A stretch of 63,814 nucleotides of DNA, filler included, from Octopus bimaculoides (Eukaryota): NCBI RefSeq assembly GCF_001194135.2. It is 10 parts of 8 records of this genome, joined end to end, with 100 filler letters (N's around TTAATTAATTAA, not from the genome) between each part and the next. Parts side by side here need not be neighbours in the genome. Positions count along the whole stretch, not along the records: positions 41,066 to 49,142 come from NC_068997.1; positions 49,243 to 53,284 come from NC_069005.1; positions 53,385 to 61,325 come from NC_068982.1; 7 more parts are not named here. One strand, given 5' to 3'. Below, in pieces: positions 46,316 through 59,346 of this stretch (the first letter of the stretch is position 1; every line of letters starts with the position of its first letter). The notes below the pieces were generated by a model, which worked only from the letters and a program-made list of their open reading frames with translations, ran no database searches and was not told the origin of the DNA. Both the position numbers and the translations under genes were made by a program.

Positions 46316-47419
46316 GACATGTTTACTTTGTCTCCCTCTCCCCATTTTTATTACATTTACAAAAGATTTTCAAAAACTGAATGATATTTCTTACGTGCCT
46401 AATTCATGTTTACAAAACCAGTGGATTTTTTTTTATTTAATTGCACCAGCATGACCGCAGCCACTTGGCTGAAACACATAAATAAATAAATAAATTTAAA
46501 AAACAGAATTCTAACATTTGACGTTGTTAAATGTCAGTTTCTATTTGAGATGTTGGATAAACATTTTTGCTTACATTATATTAATTTTTTTTATATCCCT
46601 AACTACTTTAGAAGGGAGTAAAATTCTATTGAATTGTTTTTCGCATTAAAAAGTACATATTTGAATTTTATTTGAGAAAATTTGCTCCGGTTTTGTGTCG
46701 GTTTGTTATTGGAATGGCGTCAAATCAACAGAGTGTCCGCAACCCCCCCTCCCCGCCATAAGAAAAGAAAATTATTTCCATAAAACAATGATATAAATAA
46801 ATAAATAAGTAAATTCATGAACAAGCGAGCATTGCACCAAGCATATTTTTCAATATAGAAGGCCTTATATTTTTGAGAAAAAATCATCCCAATCTATTGA
46901 TTAGTTCTGAGAGTTTGCACCGGATATTTTGTATACAAAATATATAAACACTGACAGATTTAGATTGTTCAGAGAAAGCGGAAAACCTATTTGAGATTGT
47001 ACGGAATGTTAATAGGGTTAATTTTTGCCTCAGTTTTGTTTCCCAAAGATTTTGGGATTCCAGACATGAAAACTGCCTGCAAATCCTATATCAAACCAAA
47101 TAGTGTTTCCTTACCTAACGAGTTCACCCAAGAGGAGGCAAAAAGGAAAGGAAACTGACTTATTTGTGCTTTTAACAGGACAGCGCAGAATTTCTTCGAC
47201 TAAAGCTCTGGTACATGAGGTTACCTCATGGTCAATCTTGGAAACCAATGACCAAACACCCGTTTCTCGACTATAGCAAGCAGAACTACCACTCTATCGT
47301 CCATGTCTTTACCCATTTACACTTGTCTATAACTATATTTTGTCCAGCTCTACTTATATGTAAGCACCATGTTCTTTAACGTTTACTGTCAGCCATAGTG
47401 GCAAATAAAACCTTATCAT

Positions 47420-47825
47420 TAAGGCGGTTTGTTGGCAGATTCGTTCCCGGACCGAACAAAATGCTTAGTGGCATTTCTTCCGGTTTTACGCTTGGAGTTC
47501 AAATGTCACCGAAGTCGACTTTACATTTTATTCTTTCGGGGTCGACAAAATAAGTGTCAGTCAAGCACTGGGGTCGATGAAATTAATTTTAGTCCCCTCC
47601 CCTAAATTGTACCGATAGTAGAAAGGATTATTAGGACGGCGAGCTGGCAGAATCGTTAGAGCGTCCGACAAAATGTATTGCGGTATTTCTGTACGTTCTG
47701 AGTTCAAATCCCACCGCGGTCAACTTTACAATCCATTCTTTCGGGGTCGATAAAATAAAGTACCAGGCAAGTAGTAGAGTCTCTCCTCAAAATTGCGGGC
47801 TTTGTACTAACATTTAAAGTAATTA
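47420..47825 (+). mobile_element. two tandem family A SINEs
   Basis: Heads at ~47421 (AAGGCGG) and ~47633 (GGACGGCGAGCTGGCAGAATCG), joined through AGAAAGGATTATTA. Confidence 0.8.
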
Positions 47826-48761
47826 TTATTTACTGCTGAACCAGTCACACGTGTTTTTAGGTCGTTTATCGAAGCAAAAGATTTTCCCTCGTGCAACTTC
47901 ATGGAATAGTATTACTTTTTGAAAAAAAAAAACTTATCCAACCACAAAGTTTTGAAGAGTTTAGAAGTTTTACTTATTCAAGGCTTAGAAAAAAATGGAC
48001 AAATTTTATTTTTCTTCACTCCGGCTACATATAGAATAGTTGGCGACGAAAACTTCGTCATACCCAGCGAAAGAAACAAATGTAAATCCAAGACTACAAA
48101 GCCGACATATAACAAAGTAAGAAAATACTCTACATCATGATACACATTACGAAAGGAGAAAGAAAACTAATGACAATTCCATTAAAAACACCACCAAAAT
48201 GAACGATGCAAGCACTTTCTTTGTCAACGATAAGAACAACACGAAACACATTTACGTACAAACGTATATAGAGTCGAGTAAGAAAAAAATTTCGAGATGA
48301 CATTTTTGTTACGAATAAAGCAGTAAAAGTCGAGGAGAAAGTAAAGAGTGGGCCTGACAAAGTTAATTTAATCCATCTAATCTCTCCTTGCCCGAACTGT
48401 GTATACAAGAATTAGCAAAGAAGACTGACGGCTACGTGATCATCCCCAAAATGGCGGGGATTTTTCGTTACCCACAAAACAGCAACTAGAAGGTTGTCTC
48501 CATGATATATAGGAAAAAATTCTGTCAATTAATATTGATAGAGCTTACGGAGCTGACTACTTGGCATTGGAAACCGAGAACATATTGCCACAAGAGGCTG
48601 AAATAGTGAGATGCACACCCTCCCATACATTTTTTTTTCTTAGGGTTTCGGACAGACAATTACAAGGTAACGGCTAGTGAAATCGGCATCATTATTGACC
48701 ATTGACTCTCGTACAATCTAAAGGAATAATGCTGCTAAGTAAAAGGCAAAAAAATAGATGT

Positions 48762-48980
48762 ATGAGGCGGTGAACTAGCAGAATAGTTACTGTGCCGGAC
48801 AAAATGCTTAGCTGCATTTCTTTCAGTTCTTTACGTTCTGAGTTTAAATGCCACCGGAATCGACTTTGCCTTTCATCCTTTCGGATCGATAAAATAAGTA
48901 CCAGTTGAGCACGGGAATCGATGTAAGCTATTGGTCTCATTGTCCTAACATTGATGGCATTGTGTTAAAATTTGAAAGTA
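48762..48980 (+). mobile_element. family A SINE
   Basis: GAGGCGGTGAACTAGCAGAATAG...GACTTTGCCTTTCATCCTTTCGG..AAGTACCAGTTG. Confidence 0.8.
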
Positions 48981-49351
48981 GTAATAAAGGTGTGTGATAG
49001 TATGTTAATGTTGGTATTAGTCGTCGAATTATTGAGTTGGAAGATGAAACTTTGCTTGAAGTTTGTCTAAACATTTACAGAGCAACTAGTAACAAAGACC
49101 GTACAACCAATGCCACCAAAAGCACCAAAATCACCACCACCANNNNNNNNNNNNNNNNNNNNNNNNNNNNNNNNNNNNNNNNNNNNTTAATTAATTAANN
49201 NNNNNNNNNNNNNNNNNNNNNNNNNNNNNNNNNNNNNNNNNNTCTGTAGTTCATTGTTCTAACGTCCTGTACCCTGATATGCATATATATACACATGTAG
49301 ATGTAAGTATGTACATATATGTGTGTATACATGTATATATATTCTTTGTAT

Positions 49352-49387
<36 letters not shown>

Positions 49388-49394
49388 TCACACG

Positions 49395-50850
49395 AAGCTC
49401 GCCAGAAGAGTTCAGAGGCTTACCAAGATACTCGCGTGGAATGTGGCCAAATGAGGTTCATTTTTTAATGTAATGCCCCCTTGCGGTCCATACACTTCTT
49501 ACATCAGTGTTGCAGTGCTTCGATCCCATTGGTGAAGAAGTTTTCATTCCTGTTGGTCAAAAAAATCTACAAGAGACATGACGTTACCACCACTACGGTA
49601 CTGGTTGCCAGCCAAGTGTTTTGGGGAACAGATGATAGTCGTATGGGGCCGAATCAAAATAGTGAGGGCAAAGGACCAGTTTAAACACAGTCATGCACAA
49701 CATCCATTGAAACGAAGGGCTTGTGTGCTGGAGCATTGTTCAGATGAAACAAGACCCCTTTCGTCATTTTTCCAGAGCATTTGGGCTTGATAGTCTTTCG
49801 TAACTGCCTCAGCAAGTTGTAGTACTCTCCATCGATAGTGAGTCCCTTTTGAATAAACACGAAGCCTTTTGCTTCTCAGAAAAACTGTGGCAATCACCTT
49901 CCCTAAAGATGAAACGACCTTGGCTTTCTTTGGAGCAGATAAAGAGGGATGTTTCCATTGAATGGATTGTCTCTTTATCTCTGGTTCAAAGTGATGAAGC
50001 CAACACTTATTGTGGCTTAGGAAACGTGGAAGGAAGTCAGCTGGATCTGCCCGAAACGATGTCAGATTTTCCCCTGATGTGATCAGCCTCGTGTTCTTTT
50101 TATCAGGTGTAAGAAGACGTAGGCGGAGGCGCGTGGTTTAGCAGTTAGTGTGTCAGCATCATAATCGTATGATTGTGGTTTCGATTCTTGGACCGGGCGA
50201 AGCGTTGTGTTCTTGAGCAAAACACTTTATTTCACGTTGCTCCAGTCCGCTCAGCTGGAAAAAAGGAGTAACGCTGCGATGGACTGGCGTCCCATCCAGC
50301 TGGGGAACACATACGCCATAGAAACCGGGCCCATGAGCCTGGTTAGGCTTTAAAAGGGCGCATTTATATTTTTAAGAAGACGTGGCGCCCATCTCCGTCA
50401 TGTCAAGTTCATTGCTCAGAATATTATTAGCTCTCTCACGGGATATGCTAATAGCATTGACTATTTGATTTATCGTCAGTTGCCTGTCATCCATCACCAT
50501 GTGGTAAAGACGATCAATGTTTTCTCGCTGGTGGCAGTTGAAGGACGTCCAGACCTTGGGTCATCGTCAAGACCCTCTCTTCCCCTCCTCAATTAAGCTG
50601 CCCTATTTTTTTCACTATTGAAAAGGCTGGAGCTTTACCGCTAATGTAGTAACCATATCAACATAAATGTCCTCGGGGGTAAATTCTTTTTTTGCAAGTA
50701 CTTGATAACAGTATGGTACCAAATTTTGTCGATTTTCAAGAGAAGTCGTTACTAGTTACACTTTGTTGTCTTCTTTGAACAGTCACAATGCAGTTATTTA
50801 TAAGAAGAGGAGTTAGAGTTTAAGCATGATTTCAGAACTGCATCGTTCCT
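49395..50850 (-). pseudogene. mariner (DD34D-type) transposon relic interrupted by a SINE
   Basis: Minus strand DDPRSGRPSTAT, RWAPRLLTPD (WVPREL-like, after removing the SINE), WLHHFEPE, GVLFHLNNAPAH, APYDYHLFP. Confidence 0.88.
50121..50372 (+). mobile_element. family B tRNA/CORE-like SINE, full length, 11 bp TSD
   Basis: TSD TAAGAAGACGT at 50110-50120 and 50373-50383; A box GTGGTTTAGCAG, B box GGTTTCGATTC, core GTTCTTGAGCAAAACACTT. Confidence 0.95.
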
Positions 50851-50881
50851 CCATATATATACACACACACACATACACATA

Positions 50882-51625
50882 ATGTGCGGTGAATAAACTG
50901 TCGTCTAAATTACGCAAAAATGAAAATAACACTGACATCTTATTTTAACAGATATATTTACCAAAATTACATTAAAATATCTTGAAATACTACAGAGTAA
51001 ATTTATTCAATGACATCGTCATTTGCTTCAACCACGGCCTCCAGACGACTTTGGAATCTCCTGCAACTCTTCTGGACGGTCTCCTTTGCCTTCAGTTCAT
51101 CTTTGGTGTTACAAGGAGCTTTGTTGGTTTATCGCTCAACTGTGCCCCACACATAAAGGGGAATGTAGTCTAGGGAGTTAGGCAGCCAGATGTTAGGGGT
51201 GGTGTAGTCGCAGAAATTGTCTGACAGCCATGACTGGGTTCTCCTGCTTGTGTGGCATGGTGCAGAGTCCTGTTGCCAGACATAGGGTCTTCCAGCAGCT
51301 ACCCCCTTGATCCAGGGCAGCACTACCTCCCCCAGGCACTTGACGTATGCCTCTGTGTTTTATCACTTAGTATATGTCCTCAGATTGCACTGTTTTCAGA
51401 TTGACACCCAAACACTCTGAAATGTTCGTATTGGAGTTTCCGGCACGAATGCCAAACAGCACAGCATGTTGTTTTCAAATTTCTGGCAGAGTGAATTGCG
51501 TCATGATGCCGTTTTCTCATAGGCGGTGCCCAACTGACCCAACTATACTGTGTAGTCCATAAAATTAAAAACAAACAATGCGCATGCGCGAAATTTAAAG
51601 CATAAAATGGCAACAATTTACCAAG
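50882..51625 (-). pseudogene. maT/DD37D-type Tc1/mariner deletion derivative
   Basis: N-terminus MTQFTLPEI*KQHAVLFGIRAG fused to YVWQQDSAPCHTSRRTQSWLSDNF..NIWLPNSLDYIPLYVWG; 37 residues follow the second D, and the third D appears deleted. Confidence 0.85.
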
Positions 51626-52499
51626 TTAAGGGGCTAGCTCCCCTGCTGGCAATAGATGTGTACAGGGTGCAGTGCTGCACCGATAACCAGCAGGCGGAAG
51701 ACTGCCTGGGGTTAAACTAGTAGTAACATGGGACAGCCGCATTGATGTGGCGATTAACTCTACTGGTTAGTATAGTTACTACTATCATCTCTTATATATA
51801 TATAAGGCGAAAAATTTATCCGCTCAGGCTGAGGGAATGTATAACCATGTATGTATCATACTAAATGTGCATACACCATTAAAATGAATGAAGTTGTAGA
51901 ATTGTCTAAGATAAATATCTCTTCACAGACTTGCGTTAATAACACATTCTTTATTGCGGTCGAGAGGTACGTTGTTTCCGTGGTGATTCATGAGAACGAT
52001 AGAGGCCTTTCTCCTTTGTTAAAGCTTGTTTCCTATGCATACATCAAGGCGTGAATTTTATTTAGGCTGGTGTCAATCGACTTCACGGTTTTGATAAGCA
52101 TCCAGAAAGATGAAACGCGTCTGTTGCTCTTCGTTAGTTGCAGCTGCGACGATGTTCGTGTCACTCTGATACATTTTGCATTTCTATCGCAACATGACAA
52201 TGAAAAGATTTTATATGAGACTGTTTCGCAGATTGATGCCTTCTAACAGAGTATATAGATTTAGTACGATACACAGATGGCGATTTTAATTTAATATATA
52301 TTTCTTTGGGTCCTCAACTGTTAATGAAGTCGTAGAGGTGCTGTCGTGACGTACAGCGTAAATTAACAAAGTACGTGTGTGTGCAAGCGCGTATGTTCGC
52401 GTGTCTGTGTGCCTGTGTGTGTCTGTGCGTGCGTACTGGGTTAATGTTTTTCTGTCGATGTTAGCGTATGAGTACCTAGTTTTTCTATCACATAAACAC

Positions 52500-53230
52500 T
52501 CTACTAATTAAGTTGAGTGGTTCTGTATTCCACAAGCACTGTCATTGGAAAAGTTACATCCCCAAAATTTCCTATACTGTCAATGATCCGGACCAAAGAG
52601 TGGAATTTCGCCAATGGGATTTGGCAAGATGTGCAAAAGTTGCACACTTTGCGACAAAAATTGTTTGGGGTGATGAGGCTACATTTAAATGCAATGGCTC
52701 GATTAACCACCACAGTTGCGCCTGCTGGGGACCTGAGAATCCACATATTACAAAGGAACATCATGTTAATTGACCAAGAATCACAATATGGTGTGGCTTA
52801 TCATCAAAAGGATTTATTGGACCATTCTTTTTGTGATGGTACTGTGGCTGTTCCCATTTATTTGAACCTGCTACAACAATCTATCATGCTAAGCATTCAA
52901 GAGGACTTTGAAGATGTGGAGTTTATTTCCAGCAAGATGGGGCACCCCACACTAACATGGTAATGTAAAGGCCCACCTTGATGAGATATAGTCAAACAGG
53001 TGGACTGGACGAAGTTCAGTAGAATACCCTCCATATCCAACGGACCTCAATCGATAATTTTTTTTTTTATTAGGCTACTTAAAACATAAAACATAAAGTT
53101 TAGAAAATTGGTTGCAATCGGCGAATTGAGAGCAACCATTGAACGAGAACGAGCACAGTTTGCGATTCTATTGTTTCACGTTATCGGCAGCGCCTCGACG
53201 AGAAACATCATCAGTTTGAAAATCCTTAAA
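52500..53230 (+). pseudogene. DD41D-like (rosa/Visitor) Tc1/mariner transposase relic
   Basis: [37 protein letters not shown], degenerate P..DL...F.L.GYLK; multiple frameshifts. Confidence 0.8.
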
Positions 53231-54219
53231 TTCTATCTGTAGATTCTATCAAATTTTGAAACTGAAATGTATTTTAGTTAACACNNNNNNNNNNNNNNNN
53301 NNNNNNNNNNNNNNNNNNNNNNNNNNNNTTAATTAATTAANNNNNNNNNNNNNNNNNNNNNNNNNNNNNNNNNNNNNNNNNNNNAAATTACAGAAATACG
53401 ACAACTTTAACATGGAATAACTTGCGAATTCCTTTTTTTTTTGTTAAGAAGACTAAGAGTAAAAGATGTTTTATATGATACATTCTACCAGTGTCCCAAG
53501 TTTCAAAGTGTTTCGTTAGTGTTTCGTTAAGAAAATACTGGCGCCCCCGTTTTAAAATAGATCCAAAGGGTTTTCTTGGTTGAAACAAGGGTTATGAAAA
53601 AATATTACAAAGGGCGAATAATAACAAACTTTACCTACTTATATTCCTGTGGAAGTAATTGAAAGAGAAAGAAACACACTGAGTAGAAGAAAGAGAGAGA
53701 GAGAGAGAGGAAGAGAGAGAGGGGGAGAAAATAAATTAAAAATGAATCAATAGCTTTTTAAGTTGAATCTAAATATGCTTGTACATAATGTAAATACTTA
53801 ATGTAAACATCAAACCAGGATCAAGTCCACAATTGACGAACTCCTACTGCCTATGTTACTGGATCATGATCTGAGAGGCTGTAGCAACAAGCACTGCGTA
53901 AACTACTTTAATATAGGGTAGACAAGCCTCTTTAAGTCATGTCGATACCCTATCGAGAGATCGTGTCTCAAAAACACTGATGTTTAGAGGTGTCAAATCT
54001 ACCTCTTGAGAAAGGAGGTCTTTGATAGAGACACAGCTCTGAGATGAGTCTTTATTAAAACACTTGAAGTAGTGTAACCTTAAATTCACTATCCTCATAA
54101 GTTTACAATATCACACTTAAAAACAGCAGCGAGAAAAGAAATGGAGCCTCTTGTGAAAGTTTGTTGCCCGGTAGGTGATCTGCAGCACAGTACCGCAGAC
54201 TAGGTTGCCATTCTGCTAC

Positions 54220-56390
54220 TGCTGTGCAAAACGTGGAGCAGAAAATGGAAACCAAGAGGATAGCAATGTATCATTATTTAGAAAGTGAACCTAGGAAGCG
54301 ACAATCTAGGAAAAGAAATGGAATAGTGAACGATATGCAGGAGTATTTAATTCCAGTGAATAACACCTTGCGGACAAAGTATTGTGAATCAGGAATAAAA
54401 ACTATGGCTCTGGCACAGAAATCAAGGAAACACAGAGACTGATCAATCAAATATTACAAGAAATTAACACTTCAATGCTAGATGGATGATGACAACTCTT
54501 CAGAGAATTAGAAAACTGTAACTGTCGTAGCTAACCAGGGAAATACAACCCCCAAAATTTGAAACTAGGGTTAATAGCAGCATTCAGGATAAAATGGAAT
54601 TTGATATGGGCAGCCTTTGATGACGATAAACTATGGAATCTTAAAAAATGAGAAGTCGAAAAAACAAAAACAAAAACTGGAGGCCTTTGAGTTGGTTAAT
54701 CTGAAGACACTTGAAAGCCCAATTAATGATCGATATGATGGTCTTGAGTAATCGCTGAAAGTGAATGACAAATGTATACATCGTTTGTATCGATTATAGA
54801 AAGGTATACGACTTAGTCCTACACGAGGATCAAGTATTGTTTAGAGCCGTGCAAGCTCTCGAAAAAGGTCAAATGCTGGTTAGATTATCCAATGTGACAT
54901 CAAGGAGTGAAGTTAACATCAAGAGAGGAATGGTTAGCAGATGCACAGGTCATAGGAATCTTTCAATAAGGCAACCTCTCCTGTTCTCGAGAGCATCGAT
55001 CCCTTTGTAGATTATACTAAACAAAGCTGAGGAAGAATATGCAGTGGGAAACAATAGGGGAAAGCTAATTACTCCTGTTTATAGTCGATTTAAACCTTCA
55101 TGGACAAAACAAGAACCTATTAGATTCTTTGTGCAACCCATAACAATATTTAGTAAGGACGTCAAGGTGACATTCAGAAATAAGAAATATTCTATGATCG
55201 AGACGAAGTTGGAAAAATTAAAAAGTACTGAGGGAGGGTATCTATTTTGTGAGAAAATATAAAATCTTTGAATGTAAGAAGCTATATGAATATCTCGGAC
55301 TACCGGAAGGTGATAAAATCTAAAGTATAGGTATTCGGTAAAGTATAATAATATTTTCGTCAAACGATGTTAAAATTCAAATCAAATGTGGAAAATATCA
55401 TACAATTAATCAAGTTGAGAGCAATATCACTAATAAGGCACGGACAAGGAATTATTGAGTTGAGGAAGGATGAGCTGAAGGATATTTTCAAGAAGACAAG
55501 AAAATAACTCGCAATGTACAGAAGGACAAAATTCTAATCAGGTTTGAACAGTTTATACTGGGAAAACAAACAAACAAACAAACAAACAAACAAACCCAGC
55601 ATGTGGAAGCAGGTTAATAAGAATTGAAGAGAGAACAGAACTAAAGAAAAACGTCTAGTTTCTATCTAGAAGAAAAAGACGTTTGTCTTAGGGCTTAAGG
55701 CGGTTTTAAGAGGACTATTTACAGAGTTAGTAGGGTACCCCACAAAAAAAAAAAATAATAATAATAAAAAATAAAAAGTAAAAAACGAAAAATCTATTCA
55801 GGATGACATGGTCTACTAGCTCCGGCCAATGAAAGAAATAATGGCGGAAAGGGTAACCTAAATCAAGACAATGTTAAATATTCAGGACTATACGCCCAAA
55901 TGTAAAATCTATTGATGAGACAAAAGCTCATATTGTATCAGAGTACTGGCATTTACATTAAAATTAATATCAACTGTGTCAGCACTATAAAATTGCAAGA
56001 CTTTTGTAAGTTCGGTTTTGCATTGTGTGGAGAAGCTGTGATAAAGTGAGGTTATGAGTCTTTCAAACACAAACCGAAAGAATAGAATATAACCGGATAT
56101 TGTGGTCGTTGATAAGAAACAGAGGCTATATATCTTGTAAACAACGTGGTATGTTCATATGATACCAAAGTCAAGGAAATAAAGGCCCAAAAAAAAAAAT
56201 CCCAAAGCAATCGAAAACGTCGATTCGTATATCAACTTGAATTCTAGAAATTTTCAGAAGGTGGGACAAAGAAGTTAACAAAATAATGAATCTGCCAAGT
56301 CTCGGTGGAGCCTCTTGAGAAATGTGAAGAATTTGTGAGCAAACCTTAATTTGGAAGTGGGTGCAGCGCTGAAAACCTGTTTAAGCCAGC
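54220..56390 (+). pseudogene. second R4/Dong-like LINE relic, highly decayed
   Basis: IDYRKVYDLVLH, EVNIKRG, GIFQ*G..SP, LLFIVDL, TIFSKDVKVTF, later PDIVVVDKKQ (RLE PD motif). Confidence 0.75.
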
Positions 56391-56599
56391 ATGAATTATT
56401 CTGAAATTCATTGGTACATGGTAAGAACAAAATATGACCAGCATAAAAATATTTTATTTCTCATAGAACGTATAAAAAGAGATGAACTTCACCCTATAGA
56501 CCATGGGACGTGGCCCGATAGAAAACATAGTTAAATCGTTTACGGCATCAATACCGTGTATCTGCATAATAATAACAACACTAGTTTATATATGGTCCC

Positions 56600-56789
56600 A
56601 CAAGGAGCCATATATATAATGTATCGTACAAATGGAGCTAAAAGAAACTCGTAGGGATGTACATTCGCACGAACATGATGCAATATACATACATACATAC
56701 ATACATATATGTGTATACATACATACATACATACACATATATACTTCCACACACGTGCACACACACACACACACGCATGCCCACTCATA

Positions 56790-56840
<51 letters not shown>

Positions 56841-57420
56841 TCCTACACTCGCACACACGCGCACACATACACGCACGCCCACACACGAAAAGTCCATATG
56901 CTTGGCTACACCAACGCACCCACACACGCTCCACCTCACCTCTCTCCCCCTCACGCACACAGACACAGACACAGACACACACTCACGCATACACACACAC
57001 ACATGGACGCACATATATATGCACACATACTCACATGCACACACGTACACACATACGCACACAACACACGCACACATATATTTATATATAGAAAGAGATA
57101 TACACACACGCACCCATAGGCGCGCACACGCACGCACGCACACACACACACACACGCACACGTTCCCACTCCGTCATACGCACACATGCAAACACACATA
57201 CACACGCAGAATCACACCCACCCATTCATACACTTGTCACCTCTTTCGACTGTCGCAAACGACTTGCTACTGACGTGCTCGCAGAGCGGCAAAAATAGTC
57301 ACACACGCGCACGCAGATACTACCGCACACGCACAACGACTCACACAAACACACACGCATACAGTTACTACTACGTACATACACTACCGCACACACACAC
57401 ACACACACCCACAATGACCA
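56600..57420. repeat. compound (CA)/(TA)/(CATA) microsatellite block
   Basis: Read directly. Confidence 0.95.
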
Positions 57421-58043
57421 TTTTCACACACTCCTTTCCCCCAAAACTACTTTCTTTATCTCTTTCTACTTCCCGACACTTCAGCAACGTAACTACACGT
57501 GTGCTGTTGGTAATTTCTTTTCCATCTTTGGACTTTTCCCTTTCTCCTTCCCGACGAAGAGCTATGCACGAAACACCAAACTCTCTCCTTTCACCGAGCG
57601 TCAAGCTAATACATTTCTTGTACCTATCCTCACGTTCGTTTCGTTACGTCTTTTTATTCGTTTATTTGATTTGAATTGTGTGCTTATTTCAATTGACTAT
57701 ATATATGGAAAAGAAGAAAAAGAAATAAAAGAAAGAGAAACAGAAATTTAGAGAGAGAAAGGGAAAAGCAGATAGGGGTAGAGAGTGTGAACTGATGACG
57801 TCCGAAAAGTATCTAAGGAACGTTAGATACTTCGTTTACCTTGCGAAACGAACATAAAAAAACGCACACATAAAATTATAAAGTATATCTACATAAATAC
57901 AAACATATATACAAATACACACACATATAAATACGCATACAAGTGTACAAAAAATATGTACGCAAATACATGCCCACATATATTAAAGTACATGCACACA
58001 TATATATATATATACACACACACACATATGTATATAAATATTT

Positions 58044-58086
<43 letters not shown>

Positions 58087-58199
58087 CGCACAGACACATA
58101 CATACATATTCACACATACACATACCTACAATACATGCATACACATCAATATTTAGAGACATATCTTCTCATCAAGAAAAATATATACATCATAACGTA

Positions 58200-58937
58200 T
58201 ATGCGCAAACAATTTTAAAATGTTTGTCTGGTGTATATAATATTACAATGTTAAAATAAGGAAATTGTACATTACTTTGATATAACATAATTAAATGCGT
58301 GAGTAAACAATAACAATAAACCTCCGTGAAGCTTAAGCTTAAATTTGTAAAACAGTCGAAGGCTTTCTTAAAAGTGCAGTCGAAATATGAACAAGCATTG
58401 TAATACAAAATAACTATAACTTTAGTCAAATTCAAATGCAACAGTCAAAATTTTCCGAAAGTCAAAACATTTTACCCATACATTATTTAATCGGTTGACA
58501 TTTTAAACCTCGTGGCGTGCCTGCAGAAATTTAAGAGCTCGCGTCTCTGGTTCAAAGCATGTTTATCCTGGAACAAGATAAGAACTTTTCTGAGAGGCAA
58601 AGATTACATTTCATAGGTCCTTTATAAGCTCCATGTCTGTATGATGATGCTTTTTCTAGAATTTCCCAGGTTACATTGAAAGGACGGGTGTCATTCTCTT
58701 TCAATTCCCAGACATGCTTTGCAAGACTAGTTGCTGTCCTATTCTCGGGGTATCGGAAAGAAATTCGGTGGGAATAGAATCGAGTCTTGAATGAATTTTC
58801 CGAAGCCCCTGTGTATGTTTTATATTCTTGTGAGCCATTTACTTGCACTTTGGCTCTATAAACAATTCCTTTTTCAAGACATTTACCTTCCAACGGACAG
58901 TAAGTCTTGTCTTTAAAGTTGCAGTTCCTCAGATTAG
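58200..58937 (-). pseudogene. Penelope-like GIY-YIG endonuclease relic with 3' UTR (CxCx5Cx5C-linker type)
   Basis: RNCNFKDKTYCPLEGKC-LEKGIVYRAKV..KTYTGASENSFKTRFYSH..VTWEILEKA..KCNLCLSEK..RRELLNFCRH. Confidence 0.88.
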
Positions 58938-59346
58938 NNNNNNNNNNNNNNNNNNNNNNNNNNNNNNNNNNNNNNNNNNNNNNNNNNNNNNNNNNNNNNN
59001 NNNNNNNNNNNNNNNNNNNNNNNNNNNNNNNNNNNNNNNNNNNNNNNNNNNNNNNNNNNNNNNNNNNNNNNNNNNNNNNNNNNNNNNNNNNNNNNNNNNN
59101 NNNNNNNNNNNNNNNNNNNNNNNNNNNNNNNNNNNNNNNNNNNNNNNNNNNNNNNNNNNNNNNNNNNNNNNNNNNNNNNNNNNNNNNNNNNNNNNNNNNN
59201 NNNNNNNNNNNNNNNNNNNNNNNNNNNNNNNNNNNNNNNNNNNNNNNNNNNNNNNNNNNNNNNNNNNNNNNNNNNNNNNNNNNNNNNNNNNNNNNNNNNN
59301 NNNNNNNNNNNNNNNNNNNNNNNNNNNNNNNNNNNNNNNNNNNNNN

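Noticed and set aside
47176-47330. Acceptor-like TTTGTGCTTTTAACAG followed by an open frame (DSAEFLRLKLWYM..)
   Set aside because: No convincing donor and no recognisable peptide; expected by chance in AT-rich DNA.
56540-58218. Many H/T/Y/I and C/V/M-rich ORFs
   Set aside because: (CA)n/(TA)n microsatellite translations.
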